From contig OX597828.1 of NCBI GenBank assembly GCA_951406725.2, positions 10,726,001-10,790,000 on the forward strand: DNA of 64,000 nucleotides. The letters are read 5' to 3'. A model generated the notes under the pieces. The model searched no databases. It was given only the letters and a program-made list of their open reading frames with translations, and had not been told where the DNA came from. The DNA comes from Octopus vulgaris. Taxonomy: Eukaryota. The position numbers and the translations under genes were made by a program. Below, piece by piece: positions 27,511 through 40,982 of the stretch. How positions within the stretch are numbered: position 1 is the first letter of the stretch; every line of letters begins with the position of its first letter.

Positions 27511-30500
27511 GATTGAGTAAGAATTATGAGATGATTTCGCAGAGCAGAAAATATTAGTGTACGACCTTCTGTGAGAAATTCGTATGGTTGAATGTAAAAA
27601 CTTGAAATAACGATAGATTTCTAAAGGGACACATTCTTGAAATCAAAAGCTTTTATCGCTCTTTGATTAATAGTCGAGGTTGTTAACAGTATTTATTATA
27701 CTGGTGCATCGTAACCAAATTTTCCCTTACAGTGTAATTGTTCAGACTGGAATTTTTTTTCAAGAGATACTTGGAAGGGTATTAGAGTGCCCAAGACGAA
27801 ACCTGATAGAAAGAGTGGCGGCTCATATCTAAATTGCTTTGTTTCTTTCACGCAAATGTGTTCTAGTTGAGCAAATCAGTTATCAAAGACGATGCAGTAG
27901 GGATCAATCTGCTGTCAAGTATATCTAGCTCTGAATTATCTAACTTTTGAAGATTGTGAGTTGTTATAGGAAATTGATTCGGGCACTGCTTTAGATGGTG
28001 GCTAAAATAATCATAAGTGTCGGAATGGCAGATTCTTTAAAATGCAGGATGCAATTCCTTTAAATCGGTCGTCTTCGATCTGGGTTCAGATTCTGACGAA
28101 GGAAAAATTTGTGTTTCCTTTCTCCTTCCACAGTCGATAAATATAGTATCAGTCAAAGGCAGTATTTGGTCAATTAATAGAGGGCCAATTCTTAACCCGA
28201 CGCGTACTATTGCTTTAAATGGTAAAAATGGACGAAACATCGCGTGATTTAATTTCTGCTCTCACTTGATAAAAAAAAACATTTCTTTGATTAAAAACTT
28301 TTCTTCTCCGTCGCATCGATAAAAAATTGTGAAGAAACTCAAACTTAATATCCATTTTTTCATTCGCTATTACATAGTATAATTCTTAAATATGAAGTTT
28401 ATTAAAATTAGATAACATATAAAAACCTACCATGATACCACACCAGTTTTAATTCGATAAGTCTTTCAAAGACCAATACAATAATATTTATCCTCACTTT
28501 ATGATTTCAACGTCCATAACTATTGTCTCATTGTCTACAATTTTTAGACATTTGATATATTTCTCTTTATTTTGACAAGAGAATCACTCTTAACATTGCT
28601 ACTTCATAACTAAGAATTCGTTTAAATAAATTTGCTGGCATTTAAAAACAAATTATCATCAGTTTTAGAAAGTAGAAATGCAAAATAGAAAAAATGAAAT
28701 TATTTACATTCACCAATCGTAAATAAAGATATTCAGAAAAATAATCTTTTTGTATTTGATTATAAAAAAAAAATGAAATCTATATATATATAGGTATAAA
28801 GAAATATATACATATGCACATGAATATATGTATGTTTGTGCACCTTTATATACATATATAATCTGTTTCCACTTCACTATTGTCGTAGCTAATCTTGCAA
28901 CATAATTCAGAGGGAAAATAGTGTTTTGATTTCGAAGAGGTTAAAAATGATATTGAATATTTCGTTACTATGAAACCTGAAGATTTTACGCCCAAGGGAT
29001 CAAATTTCCCAAATAAATGTGGTGATGTTATTTATAGGAAGTGGGGACATTATCTTCATTGAATACATCAAGTAAGACCAAAGAACCCTGTCTTGCTTTC
29101 TCGTCTTTATATCCGACTAGACATTCGTTCCAAGCTAATACATACGTTGCTATGAGTAGATCTGTGTTTTATGCAAACGTTTTGCGTTGTAATGCGTGTG
29201 TACGTAGAATACATCAGTCTATTGCCAATCAGTGATTGTCTCCTATTGTTAGGACATACTGAAAAGTGAGAGGACAGAAAGTAAACAACCTTTCAATAAG
29301 AAAATAATTTTCCTACTGTGCATGCCTGCGTTTGTGTGTGAGTGTGTATGAATGTGTGTGTGTGTGTGTGTATGTGTGTGTGTGATTGAGTAAGAATTAT
29401 GAGATGATTTCGCAGAGCAGAAAATATTAGTGTACGACCTTCTGTGAGAAATTCGTATGGTTGAATGTAAAAACTTGAAATAACGATAGATTTCTAAAGG
29501 GACACATTCTTGAAATCAAAAGCTTTTATCGCTCTTTGATTAATAGTCGAGGTTGTTAACAGTATTTATTATACTGGTGCATCGTAACCAAATTTTCCCT
29601 TACAGTGTAATTGTTCAGACTGGAATTTTTTTTCAAGAGATACTTGGAAGGGTATTAGAGTGCCCAAGACGAAACCTGATAGAAAGAGTGGCGGCTCATA
29701 TCTAAATTGCTTTGTTTCTTTCACGCAAATGTGTTCTAGTTGAGCAAATCAGTTATCAAAGACGATGCAGTAGGGATCAATCTGCTGTCAAGTATATCTA
29801 GCTCTGAATTATCTAACTTTTGAAGATTGTGAGTTGTTATAGGAAATTGATTCGGGCACTGCTTTAGATGGTGGCTAAAATAATCATAAGTGTCGGAATG
29901 GCAGATTCTTTAAAATGCAGGATGCAATTCCTTTAAATCGGTCGTCTTCGATCTGGGTTCAGATTCTGACGAAGGAAAAATTTGTGTTTCCTTTCTCCTT
30001 CCACAGTCGATAAATATAGTATCAGTCAAAGGCAGTATTTGGTCAATTAATAGAGGGCCAATTCTTAACCCGACGCGTACTATTGCTTTAAATGGTAAAA
30101 ATGGACGAAACATCGCGTGATTTAATTTCTGCTCTCACTTGATAAAAAAAAAACATTTCTTTGATTAAAAACTTTTCTTCTCCGTCGCATCGATAAAAAA
30201 TTGTGAAGAAACTCAAACTTAATATCCATTTTTTCATTCGCTATTACATAGTATAATTCTTAAATATGAAGTTTATTAAAATTAGATAACATATAAAAAC
30301 CTACCATGATACCACACCAGTTTTAATTCGATAAGTCTTTCAAAGACCAATACAATAATATTTATCCTCACTTTATGATTTCAACGTCCATAACTATTGT
30401 CTCATTGTCTACAATTTTTAGACATTTGATATATTTCTCTTTATTTTGACAAGAGAATCACTCTTAACATTGCTACTTCATAACTAAGAATTCGTTTAAA

Positions 30501-31238
30501 TAAATTTGCTGGCATTTAAAAACAAATTATCATCAGTTTTAGAAAGTAGAAATGCAAAATAGAAAAAATGAAATTATTTACATTCACCAATCGTAAATAA
30601 AGATATTCAGAAAAATAATCTTTTTGTATTTGATTATAAAAAAAAAATGAAATCTATATATATATAGGTATAAAGAAATATATACATATGCACATGAATA
30701 TATGTATGTTTGTGCACCTTTATATACATATATAATCTGTTTCCACTTCACTATTGTCGTAGCTAATCTTGCAACATAATTCAGAGGGAAAATAGTGTTT
30801 TGATTTCGAAGAGGTTAAAAATGATATTGAATATTTCGTTACTATGAAACCTGAAGATTTTACGCCCAAGGGATCAAATTTCCCAAATAAATGTGGTGAT
30901 GTTATTTATAGGAAGTGGGGACATTATCTTCATTGAATACATCAAGTAAGACCAAAGAACCCTGACTTGCTTTCTCGTCTTTATATCCGACTAGACATTC
31001 GTTCCAAGCTAATACATACGTTGCTATGAGTAGATCTGTGTTTTATGCAAACGTTTTGCGTTGTAATGCGTGTGTACGTAGAATACATCAGTCTATTGCC
31101 AATCAGTGATTGTCTCCTATTGTTAGGACATACTGAAAAGTGAGAGGACAGAAAGTAAACAACCTTTCAATAAGAAAATTAAATAATTTTCCTACTGTGC
31201 ATGCCTGCGTTTGTGTGTGAGTGTGTATGAATGTGTGT

Positions 31239-31270
<32 letters not shown>
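27511..31270 (+). repeat. Two-copy near-identical tandem duplication, period 1873 bp
   Basis: GATTGAGTAAGAATTATGAG starts at 27511 and 29384; identical 67-aa ORFs at 28037 and 29910 (offset 1873); both copies end in (GT)n. Confidence 0.95.
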
Positions 31271-31271
<1 letters not shown>

Positions 31272-31807
31272 AGTTTGTGTATTTGTGTGTGTTTATGGGT
31301 TCCCGTAGCAGTCTCTTTCATTGTCTGATTTTGCAAACTTTCTGTATGGAATTTTGATTCTTTCCTGTATAAGTATTCGTTATTATATAAGCATGTATAT
31401 TCAAACTTATTCCGTTGCCATATCCACATGGTATTACCAAATATATATTTAGCGATTCTTCTTCGTTACTTCAGCAGACACACAGACAAATGTTTATTCA
31501 TGTGGGTGCCTGCGTGATTTTGTTTCGCAATCATTTGATTATAGAGATAAATGTGTGTGTGTTTGTTTGTGTGTGTGCACACGCGTGTATGAGTGAGAGT
31601 GTGTGCGTGAGTTTTCCCAGATTATAACATATATAAATATGTATGTGCCTGAGTATACATATATATAAATGTGTGTTTATGTGTGGAGGGTGTATATATA
31701 AATGTATGCATGCATATGTTTATGTACATATATATTTACACACATATTTATATATTCATATATATGAATATTTATGTATATATATAAATATATATATATA
31801 TATATTC

Positions 31808-31897
<90 letters not shown>

Positions 31898-33620
31898 GTA
31901 TATATTTAAGTATATATTTGTGTGAGTATGTTTCTATGTACATACATAATACATAGACATTTAGACGTATACATTTGAATTTATGTACATATGCATGCAT
32001 CAGTAAATCTGTTTGCTACAATCTTGCCCAAATTTCAGGAAGCCAAGTATTACTGCAAACTTCACACATAAATGACTACTTTCTCTCATTACTTGAAGCA
32101 GTGTCTACGACAGATTTCATTTCCTTCTCTGCTGCAGATATTGCTTTTAGAAAGGAAAGGACTTTATAAAGTCATCACCGTCCAATATGAACATAAAGTA
32201 TGTATGCCATTGATCGCAGCGGTATTAGAAACGGATATACAGAATGCAAAGGCAGCAGCTGAGTTGAGTTGAGAGGATGCCGGACGTCTATGACAGTAGA
32301 TTCCTTAGTTTACGTTCGGTTATTGAACTTGTTTTATTCATGAACATCTGATTTGTGTTATCTAGCAGTATTATAGACAACATTGGTTATGCGCGGATCT
32401 TATTTACAAGCTTGTGTTGAATCTAATATATTCGGTTTCTTTATTATTTGAAATTTAAATATTTTTCAGACGGTTCTTCGGTTGCAGTGACCTCAGTAAA
32501 TTCATCTAATTATTCATCTAATTAACAGATTGAGAGACAAATTTAGTCCACTTGTGATATTTGGGTTGTGTCGCCAAACATCATTTGCAGACTTTAGAAT
32601 ATTTGGATAAAGTATTGAATTCTTCTTTGGATAAAGGAATCAATGACTTGTCAGGCAAAGCTATTCATGCAATTAGTTCAATTAAGTAGGTCATTCCTTG
32701 CAGTGCTCTATATCGACAGCAATTATTTACCATGCACTTCTGTAAAGAAGACGACAGAGGGTTGTATCCTAAAGTATTGAAATTGAAGTTTCTGTAATGT
32801 AATATCTTCGAAAAGAAAAATAACTTTTAAAAGAAAAACATAATAAATTCATAAATCTTACAACTGTATAACTATTGATTTTGCCTTGTTCTCCTGTTTA
32901 ATATGCTTATTCATTTAGAATATAAAGTCATACACATGTTTACACACGCAAACACAAGTATATACATATACATGCGTATATATTATACATATACACATAT
33001 ATATATGTATACGTATTATATATTTGTGCGTGTGTGTGTGTGAGAGAGAGAGAGATAGAGACTTAAATACAGATAATAAAAGAAAGAAGAATGCTAATTC
33101 CAACGGCAACGTATATAATGGTGCTACAAATAAATTATGAAGAGCTAACTCAGAAATTTTGAAGGAAGGTCGCTCAGCAGTTCGGAAGTAGCAATCAAAT
33201 TTCCCTCAGATATCATTGTTTCGAACTACATAGGGCAGGAATGTTTTGCGTAGTCTAAAGAGAAACGGATGTGATAATAGCTTGATAATTCTCATTAATC
33301 AGCGATATGCAGGTATCATCACCACTGAGGAGTGTCCATAGACGTATAACAGTGTTATTGCAATGCAACGCATGATCATTAATTATATATCAAGGAGACA
33401 ATGAAATCTACAATTTTTAGATAAACAAATTATTTCGTTAATTACTTAAACTTCACTTCATGGCTACCATACAAGTTTTCAAGAAATAAACGACAATTTT
33501 ACGAACTTCATAAATTCATAGGCACTAACGATGTCATATATTTAGTGTATATATCATATATAGTACATTATTTACATTATTTAAAATTAACGGATATTTG
33601 ACCCTATATTGTTTGTTGTT

Positions 33621-33666
33621 AACTCAACGTTTTGGCTGATATACTCTCCAGCCTTCATCAGGTGTC
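33621..33666 (-). ncRNA. Minimal type-I hammerhead motif, G12A mutant (probably inactive)
   Basis: GACAC-CUGAUGA-A-GGCUG-loop-CAGCC-AAAA-C-GUU-GAGUU. Confidence 0.6.
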
Positions 33667-33733
33667 TTAGGGAAATTTCGAACCTGTGTTCTTATTCCTA
33701 GGGTATTTTACCATGTTTTTGTTGTTGTTGTTG

Positions 33734-33827
<94 letters not shown>

Positions 33828-33911
33828 CTTTATTAATGTTATTATTATTATTATTCAGGTCACTGCCTGGAATCCAACTCGGAATCTTGGGTTTAGTAGA
33901 AATTTCCTCAA

Positions 33912-33957
33912 GACACCTGATGAAGGCTGGAAGGTATATCAGCCGAAACGTTGTACT
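33912..33957 (+). ncRNA. Minimal type-I hammerhead ribozyme motif with canonical core
   Basis: GACAC-CUGAUGA(33917-33923)-A-GGCUG-GAAGGUAUAU-CAGCC-GAAA(33945-33948)-C-GUU; palindromic AACGUU helix III; stem I eroded in this copy. Confidence 0.7.
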
Positions 33958-34059
33958 AACAGCAAAGAAGATGAGGCCAAATATCCGTCAATTATAAATA
34001 ATGTAAATAATGTACATAATTTCCCACCTCTTAAATATAGAACTGTATTATCATATATA

Positions 34060-34137
<78 letters not shown>

Positions 34138-34283
34138 TTGTGTATCATATGTATATATACACACACACAACATATTCTATAATTGTACAAAATTCACCAA
34201 TAAAGGTTGTTTTAATGTACTGACTACTTGGTAAAATTATTATTAACCAATTAATGGATTAATTAATTAATTAATTAATTATA

Positions 34284-34358
<75 letters not shown>

Positions 34359-34586
34359 TGTATGCGCTTATTGACTGCGGGATTCGGCCATGGAAAAATT
34401 CCATTAAGACGTCGAGTGTCAAAAACAGTTAAGACCTGTAACCAGGCGAAGCAAATTTCCCTGTAGATGAAGGAAAACGATGGATATCGATATTTTTATG
34501 TTGTTTCAGCTCGTCACCATCTTATAGATGAGCTATTTTGAAACGAATTAGAATAACTGGTCTGAGGTATATAAGCGTAAAATCTA

Positions 34587-34856
34587 CCCGCTGATGTGCA
34601 GTAGGGCTGCGCAACAGAAATAAAATTCAATTTTGAATTCGGATTAGTTCTAATAGTGTAAACATTATCGATGTCACATACTTCAGGCGTGCTTTTTGCT
34701 TATGTACTCATTGGTTGCAGTAGTCGTCTAGGGATCATACAGGTGTACACAAAACGCAAACATTATGTGACATCGGTAATGTTTACATTATTAGAGTTAC
34801 ATCTTATTCGAAATTTAATTTTGATTCTGTGAGCGGCACTGTTGCACATCAGTTGA
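34587..34856. mobile_element. MITE with ~90-bp imperfect terminal inverted repeats, TA-flanked
   Basis: 34591-34680 (CTGATGTGCA...TGTAAACATTATCGATGTCACATA) pairs with 34764-34852 (TATGTGACATCGGTAATGTTTACA...TGCACATCAG); TA at 34585-34586 and 34857-34858. Confidence 0.7.
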
Positions 34857-35689
34857 TATATTCTACACGATCTGAATATGTGTGTGTAAGTGCGTGTGTG
34901 TGTATGCATGCGTATATATATCTATCTATTTGTAGACTTAGTGCTGAAACCATTATAACTAAACTTTCAAGCTTTTTTGCTTTATAATTTTGAATATATA
35001 TATATGTAGGAAAACTAGAAGTTAAAAATGCACTGAGAATAATTAATATATTTTTTATTACTGTCTTTAATGATTTAACCAGTTTCGCAGTTGACACTGA
35101 TTTTCAAGATGTTGAAATAGAAAGACATGGATTATATTGCAACTGTCTTGCTTCTGACTAGTGTTTGAAGCTTTCCCTATTTTTATAGGGAGTTCATGGC
35201 TCAAATTAGCAAATGTTTTGAATAGGATTAGATTGGCAGAGGATAGTTAGATGACTGGTCTTAGAAATTTTTGTAGGTTCCTTGCTACGTCCGTATGTTA
35301 GTATCAAATGACAATGTTTGGCGTCGTAAGTTAAGGTTGACATGGTTGGATGAATAGGTCTAGTGACAGTAGCAAACGATCAATTCTCTGAATGTTTTCT
35401 GTCAAGTCTTTGTAGATAATGAACACTTGATTATGTTGAGAACCTTTTGTACGTTTCCTGCTGCGCCCTTGTTTTAGTGTCACGTAAAAGTATATTTTTG
35501 CGCCAAAAATAATGGCCGACACGATGGACTGAACATGTTTAGTTACAATCGAGGCACTCTAAATTTAATCTGCCAAGTGTGAGAGAGGACAGGAGTCGTT
35601 TGCATGTAGTCCTGTGGCTAAAGTTTATGTTGTTTGCAGTGTAGGTTCTTCACGTTAAGTGGCAGAATGAGTTTTGTGTGCGAATATCT

Positions 35690-36110
35690 ATTTACAGACA
35701 AATGAGGCGGTTCTTTTCGTGTCCTCCTTATCATCCGGCTGCAATGCTGTCGCGAATTCCCGTGACTCTCAACCGCCACCCAATTGGGCATGTCAGAGGT
35801 ATTACAGTGTATGTTGTTACAAACCTGCATGATACTGGTCTTGGTTTGTCGTCCTCTGCTACTTCTTCCTTGCGTAGGATTACAAAAATGAGCTTCTCTA
35901 GCAATTTCCTGCGAATATGACTGATGCTTCCTACATAAATTCAAATCTCATCGCTCAGCAATGAATGCGTTCTGCTGAAGTCTCGTCTCAGGCCTCAGTG
36001 TCCGATGAATCAACTACAGAGTCAACACAAAATCTTGGATACAAAATAACAATTTCGACAATTTTGAGGTAGTCTGGAGTAATCTTTGTATCTTTGACAC
36101 TCAAAACCTA
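35690..36110 (-). pseudogene. RTE-like LINE 3' relic
   Basis: ORF 35618-35944 contains FCNPTQGRSSRGRQTKTSI, like the RTE-group C-terminal W.P..G.R.RGRP..T motif. Confidence 0.55.
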
Positions 36111-36207
36111 AAAGGTAATTTTCCTGAATGAATTTTTCCAGTAGCCAATAGGCACACACAGAAACACGTATATTATCTGCTGGTTTACATTGATAGAACT
36201 GCTTAAG

Positions 36208-36365
36208 TCGGTGAGCTGGCAGAGTCGATAGCCCGCCGGACAAAATGCTTAGCAGTAGTTCGTCTGTCTTTATTTAAGCACCAGTGAAACACTGAGGTCG
36301 ATGTAATCGACTAGTTCTCTTCCATGAAATTTCAGGCCTTGTGCCTATATTAGAAAGGATTATTA
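36208..36365 (+). mobile_element. SINE family C, internally deleted
   Basis: GGTGAGCTGGCAGA head, CACTGAGGTCGATGTAATCGACT core, GGCCTTGTGCCTA..AGAAAGGATTATT tail. Confidence 0.75.
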
Positions 36366-37483
36366 GAAGTGCTTCTAATTTAAAATAAATAGTAATTCTC
36401 CATTCTTACTCTACATCGTCTTATATTATTTAAAAGGTAATGACAAACCTAATTTAAAATGTTCAAATATAATTCTTATATTTTTACCTTTGTGTGATAC
36501 ATTAATTGGGAATAGATTGAGAAACTCCGGTAGTGTATGGAAGTTCCACGTACACATAGCTGTAAAATAATAACCTAATTTTATTGAAAATATATACTGT
36601 TATAGAGATAGACAATATATATATAGTAGTGCTAAAAATTGCAATCTAACTAAAGAATGTCATTCACTTCAATATTGGAGAGTGTGAAAAAAAAAAACGG
36701 AAAATATTCAGAAAAAGCGAGGTGAAAAGAGAGACATACTTTAATACTGCAAATATTGAAGAAGCGACATAAAAATTTAAATATCTAGTAAAAATAAATA
36801 AGTACAATATTATTGACCTGCATATGTGAAATTGTTGCTAATAGCTAGATAAAGTGTTATGCAGTTATTGTTTTGGAAATATCATTTTTGAAAGATCCCT
36901 GCCTTTCAGATCTCACCCATATGGTTTAAAACTATAAACACGATATCATATTACATCGCTTTTGTCAAAGTTTTGTTTCGTTTTTGTATATGTTGGCTTT
37001 CTTTTTCCCTCCTCCCGAATATATCGTCATCTGCACAACACTGAATTACTGAAGCTGTTTCATTTGTCAGTTGAGAGTCAAAGTTACTTCACATAAGACT
37101 ACTCGCGTCATAACAATCAAGACTGACAGGTGTTAATGAAGTATTCTATCTTAATGCCAAAGCAAACTGATCTTACTGTTTTCCGATGAAGTGTGGGGCA
37201 GCACCTTAGCGAGTGGTAATACAAAAGCTGTCTGTATTTGGCAAATATTTGAATTTTGCACCAATCTGTTTACCTAAAATTTCCATGTATAAGTTTACAC
37301 GATGTTTCCAAGTGACGACCTGGTCGTATATTTAAAGTAACACAAAAAGCTTTCTACGTGTCATTAGTTGTCAAAAACATTTCACTCTGCTATTTAACTT
37401 GCTATTTATTATTTATATATCTAGTTAGCGGCATCAAATATACTGTGAAACAGACTTAATAAAACATTATGTATGAGCTCATC

Positions 37484-38290
<807 letters not shown>

Positions 38291-39732
38291 GATATGTATG
38301 AGTCTATAAGCACAATCTGTATGTGTATATCTATGTGTATAATAGATGGCTTACTTTATTCTTTTGCTAAAAGACCGCGTTTAAATGATGCTTCCGTTAT
38401 TGTTGCTCGTACAGTCACAGTTGTCGTTGTCGTCTTCGTCATAAATTTTGTTGTAGCTTTCCTTGTTGTTGTCGTCGTCTACTTTATTTCTTCAAACAGC
38501 AGGGCGATAAATAATTATCTATAACCATACTCCTCCATCATCTGGCTGACTCACTTAGTTCTCTTTTTATTTATTCATCTGTCGCTTCGTTGGTGTAATT
38601 TACCCAAAATTTGCACCAGCATTCTGTGCTATTTTCTATCTGCTTCGTCAACTACACATCATATCTGTCTATTTATTTGTCCAGCTTTTGTGTAAAAGTT
38701 GTGTTTTATTTCATCCTTCAGCATTTCTTTAGCCAGTAAATAGTTGCTATTTCTTTGTCCAGTGTTCCAGTGTAGAGCAATCATTCTGACAGTCACTGGA
38801 AAATGTCTTGTTTATCAAGCGATACGCCATTATTCCAAGGGTTCTTGGCAACATTTTGGACATTCCATCTGTCATACAGATGAATTTTAAAACGATATGT
38901 CTTCCTCTCACCGATCACCAATCATTTTCGTAACCGACTTTACTTGTTTTCTTGCTACATTTCTCAAGTTATTTCATCAAAAGTTATTTAAGGTCTGTGT
39001 TTTGATAGATTTATATAAAGCAACATAAACAGCTATGAGAGGAGAACATCAGACCAACAGACTCGCACACACATGCGATTTAACATAGTATAAAGTGACT
39101 GAGTTCGACAATTGTTTCAGGAAAATGATCATCCATACGAGAAAACATTATAAAGTCATTTTTTAAAACTCGGAACAAGTCACAAGAAATTAATTTTATT
39201 TTATTATTTTTAAAATTTTTTTTTGTAATGATTTGATATCGTATCTTCAACTTTTTATTCTCAAACGAAACGAGAGTCTTGAAAAATCAAGTAACTGCCG
39301 TTGAAGCGTTATATACATTTATCCAGATTCGGGAAGATCTCTTTATATATATACACAGATGGAATTCATCCACATTGAGTCCACATCAGTAAAGTAGAGT
39401 TGCAAATATTTGAATGATGGATAAACGAGTAAAGAGACTGCCGTAATGGATGTAAGATATTGAACGTACTAGAAGTAAGCGAAACGCATTTTCATTTTGC
39501 CGAATCCTTATGGTAGGAATATACTAGAGTAATTTCAAACACACAGGTAATCCACACATCAGGCAAAAAACATTCGCATTAATATCATATACATGCACAC
39601 ACATACACCCACACAAACGCACACACGTACACACATACATACACACACATATATATTAACAAAACTGTCCGACGAACGGGAACGTGAAACTGAGTAACAG
39701 CTTTTGTTATATTTCTGCTGCTTTTAAATAAA

Positions 39733-39772
<40 letters not shown>

Positions 39773-39964
39773 AAAGCAATTAAGATTCAAGTGAGTTCTG
39801 TTGAATTCACATGAATGCGGTACTTAACTTAGATGCACCAGAAATCTATATGTTATTAACCATAAGATAATGCGGGGTGATTATAAACAAGAAAAAAGGT
39901 GGTCTTCGTACGAAACAATTGTACCGAAATATTGATCCATTTTGGTGCTTTTTTCTTGTATATC

Positions 39965-39993
<29 letters not shown>

Positions 39994-39995
<2 letters not shown>

Positions 39996-40790
39996 GAAGA
40001 GTTCACGGAAAAAACAAAAGACGAAGACAGGTGGTGTATAAAACAAACAAATGTATTAGTATAACGCTAAGGAATAGAACATCTCTTTTATGTTTCGAGC
40101 TTGCGCTCTTCTACAGAAAGGGACACAGAAAAAAACAAGGAGAGAAACTAGAAGAGAAAAAGAAATGTGTGTACTGGCTACCGATCTATCATGGCGACTG
40201 CCGGACAGAAGGGTCACACAGGAGGGCGAAGAAGTAGAGGAGATAACAAAGTAAAGATGCCACTGAAAACGAAGGTGCCTGTGTATAAGAGAGCATTATG
40301 AGCGTGTGAAAGACGGCTAATGGTCTTGACGTGTGCGTGTGTGTATGTGTAGGTGTGAAAATGTGGGGAAGGGAATTGGTCAGTGCCGGTGTGTGGGTGG
40401 TGTGTTGTGATGTTGTTGGGAGGTGGGGGAGGCGAGAGTGGGGAAAGCACGGGTGAGGTGTGGGTTAGGCTGAGGTTTGGTTAGATTTGGGGTATGTGGG
40501 TAGGTAGAGGGTGGGGTTAGATTAGGGTCTGTTGGTAGGAAGAGGGTGGGGGTAGCTGTGGAGTATGTGGGAGAGGGTGTACGGGATGGGATGGGGGGAT
40601 GGGAAGGATAGGGAAGGTAGAGTAGGAATGTGTAGGGGTGGGGTGAGCTAATGGGGGAACGTTGACGATGAGGGGGAGGGGGAAGGTAGGTATGTGAAAA
40701 GAGAGAGAGAGAGTAAGATAGAAGAGAGAAAGAGAGTAAGAGAGAAGAGAGATAGAGAAAGTGAAAGAGTAAGATAAATATATATATATA
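39994..40790 (-). mobile_element. Family P2 PLE-like 3' region with long G-rich (plus-strand) segment
   Basis: AAAACAAAAGACGAAGACAGGT..TGTATTAGT..ACGCT..GGAATAG shared with 53095-53240 and 8609-8735; bounded by (TA)n. Confidence 0.55.
40085..40120 (-). ncRNA. Variant minimal hammerhead motif (CUGUAGA core)
   Basis: CUUU-CUGUAGA-A-GAGC-GCAA-GCUC-GAAA-C-AUA-AAAG. Confidence 0.55.
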
Positions 40791-40793
40791 TAT

Positions 40794-40982
40794 ATTTCGT
40801 TTTTTGATTCGGTTAGCGAGATTATTTATATAGGTTCGTGTGTTTAAGCATATTCTGTTGTGTCTGGGGAGAGTCATTTTCTTTTAGTGCCTTATTATTT
40901 AACACACTCACCGGTAAAATTTCCACTTATGTCTTATTTTAATTTTCTAAAATTTTCGTTGCGTCTTGCAACCTTTTCAATA
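40794..40982. mobile_element. Family P3 repeat, single copy between (TA)n tracts
   Basis: GCATATTCTGTTGTGTCTGGGGAGAGTCATTT..AACACACTCACCGGTAAAATTTCCACTTAT shared with 18110-18224. Confidence 0.75.

Larger units (their letters stand above)
33563..34015 (-). mobile_element. Composite non-autonomous retroelement (family P1): tRNA-like head, (TAA)n, hammerhead-bearing end, plus an inverted copy of that end
   Basis: Arms 33563-33679 and 33899-34015 are reverse complements; minus strand 33899-33855 reads CTACTAA-ACCCAAGAT-TCCGAGTTGGATTCCAGG (anticodon-loop and B-box-like). Confidence 0.7.

Noticed and set aside
28037-30113. Duplicated 67-aa gene pair
   Set aside because: Identity simply reflects the tandem duplication; the segment looks like an antisense reading of a decayed SINE-C-like sequence.
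40460-40530. Interstitial telomeric repeat
   Set aside because: Only scattered GGTTAG-like words, no tandem (TTAGGG)n.
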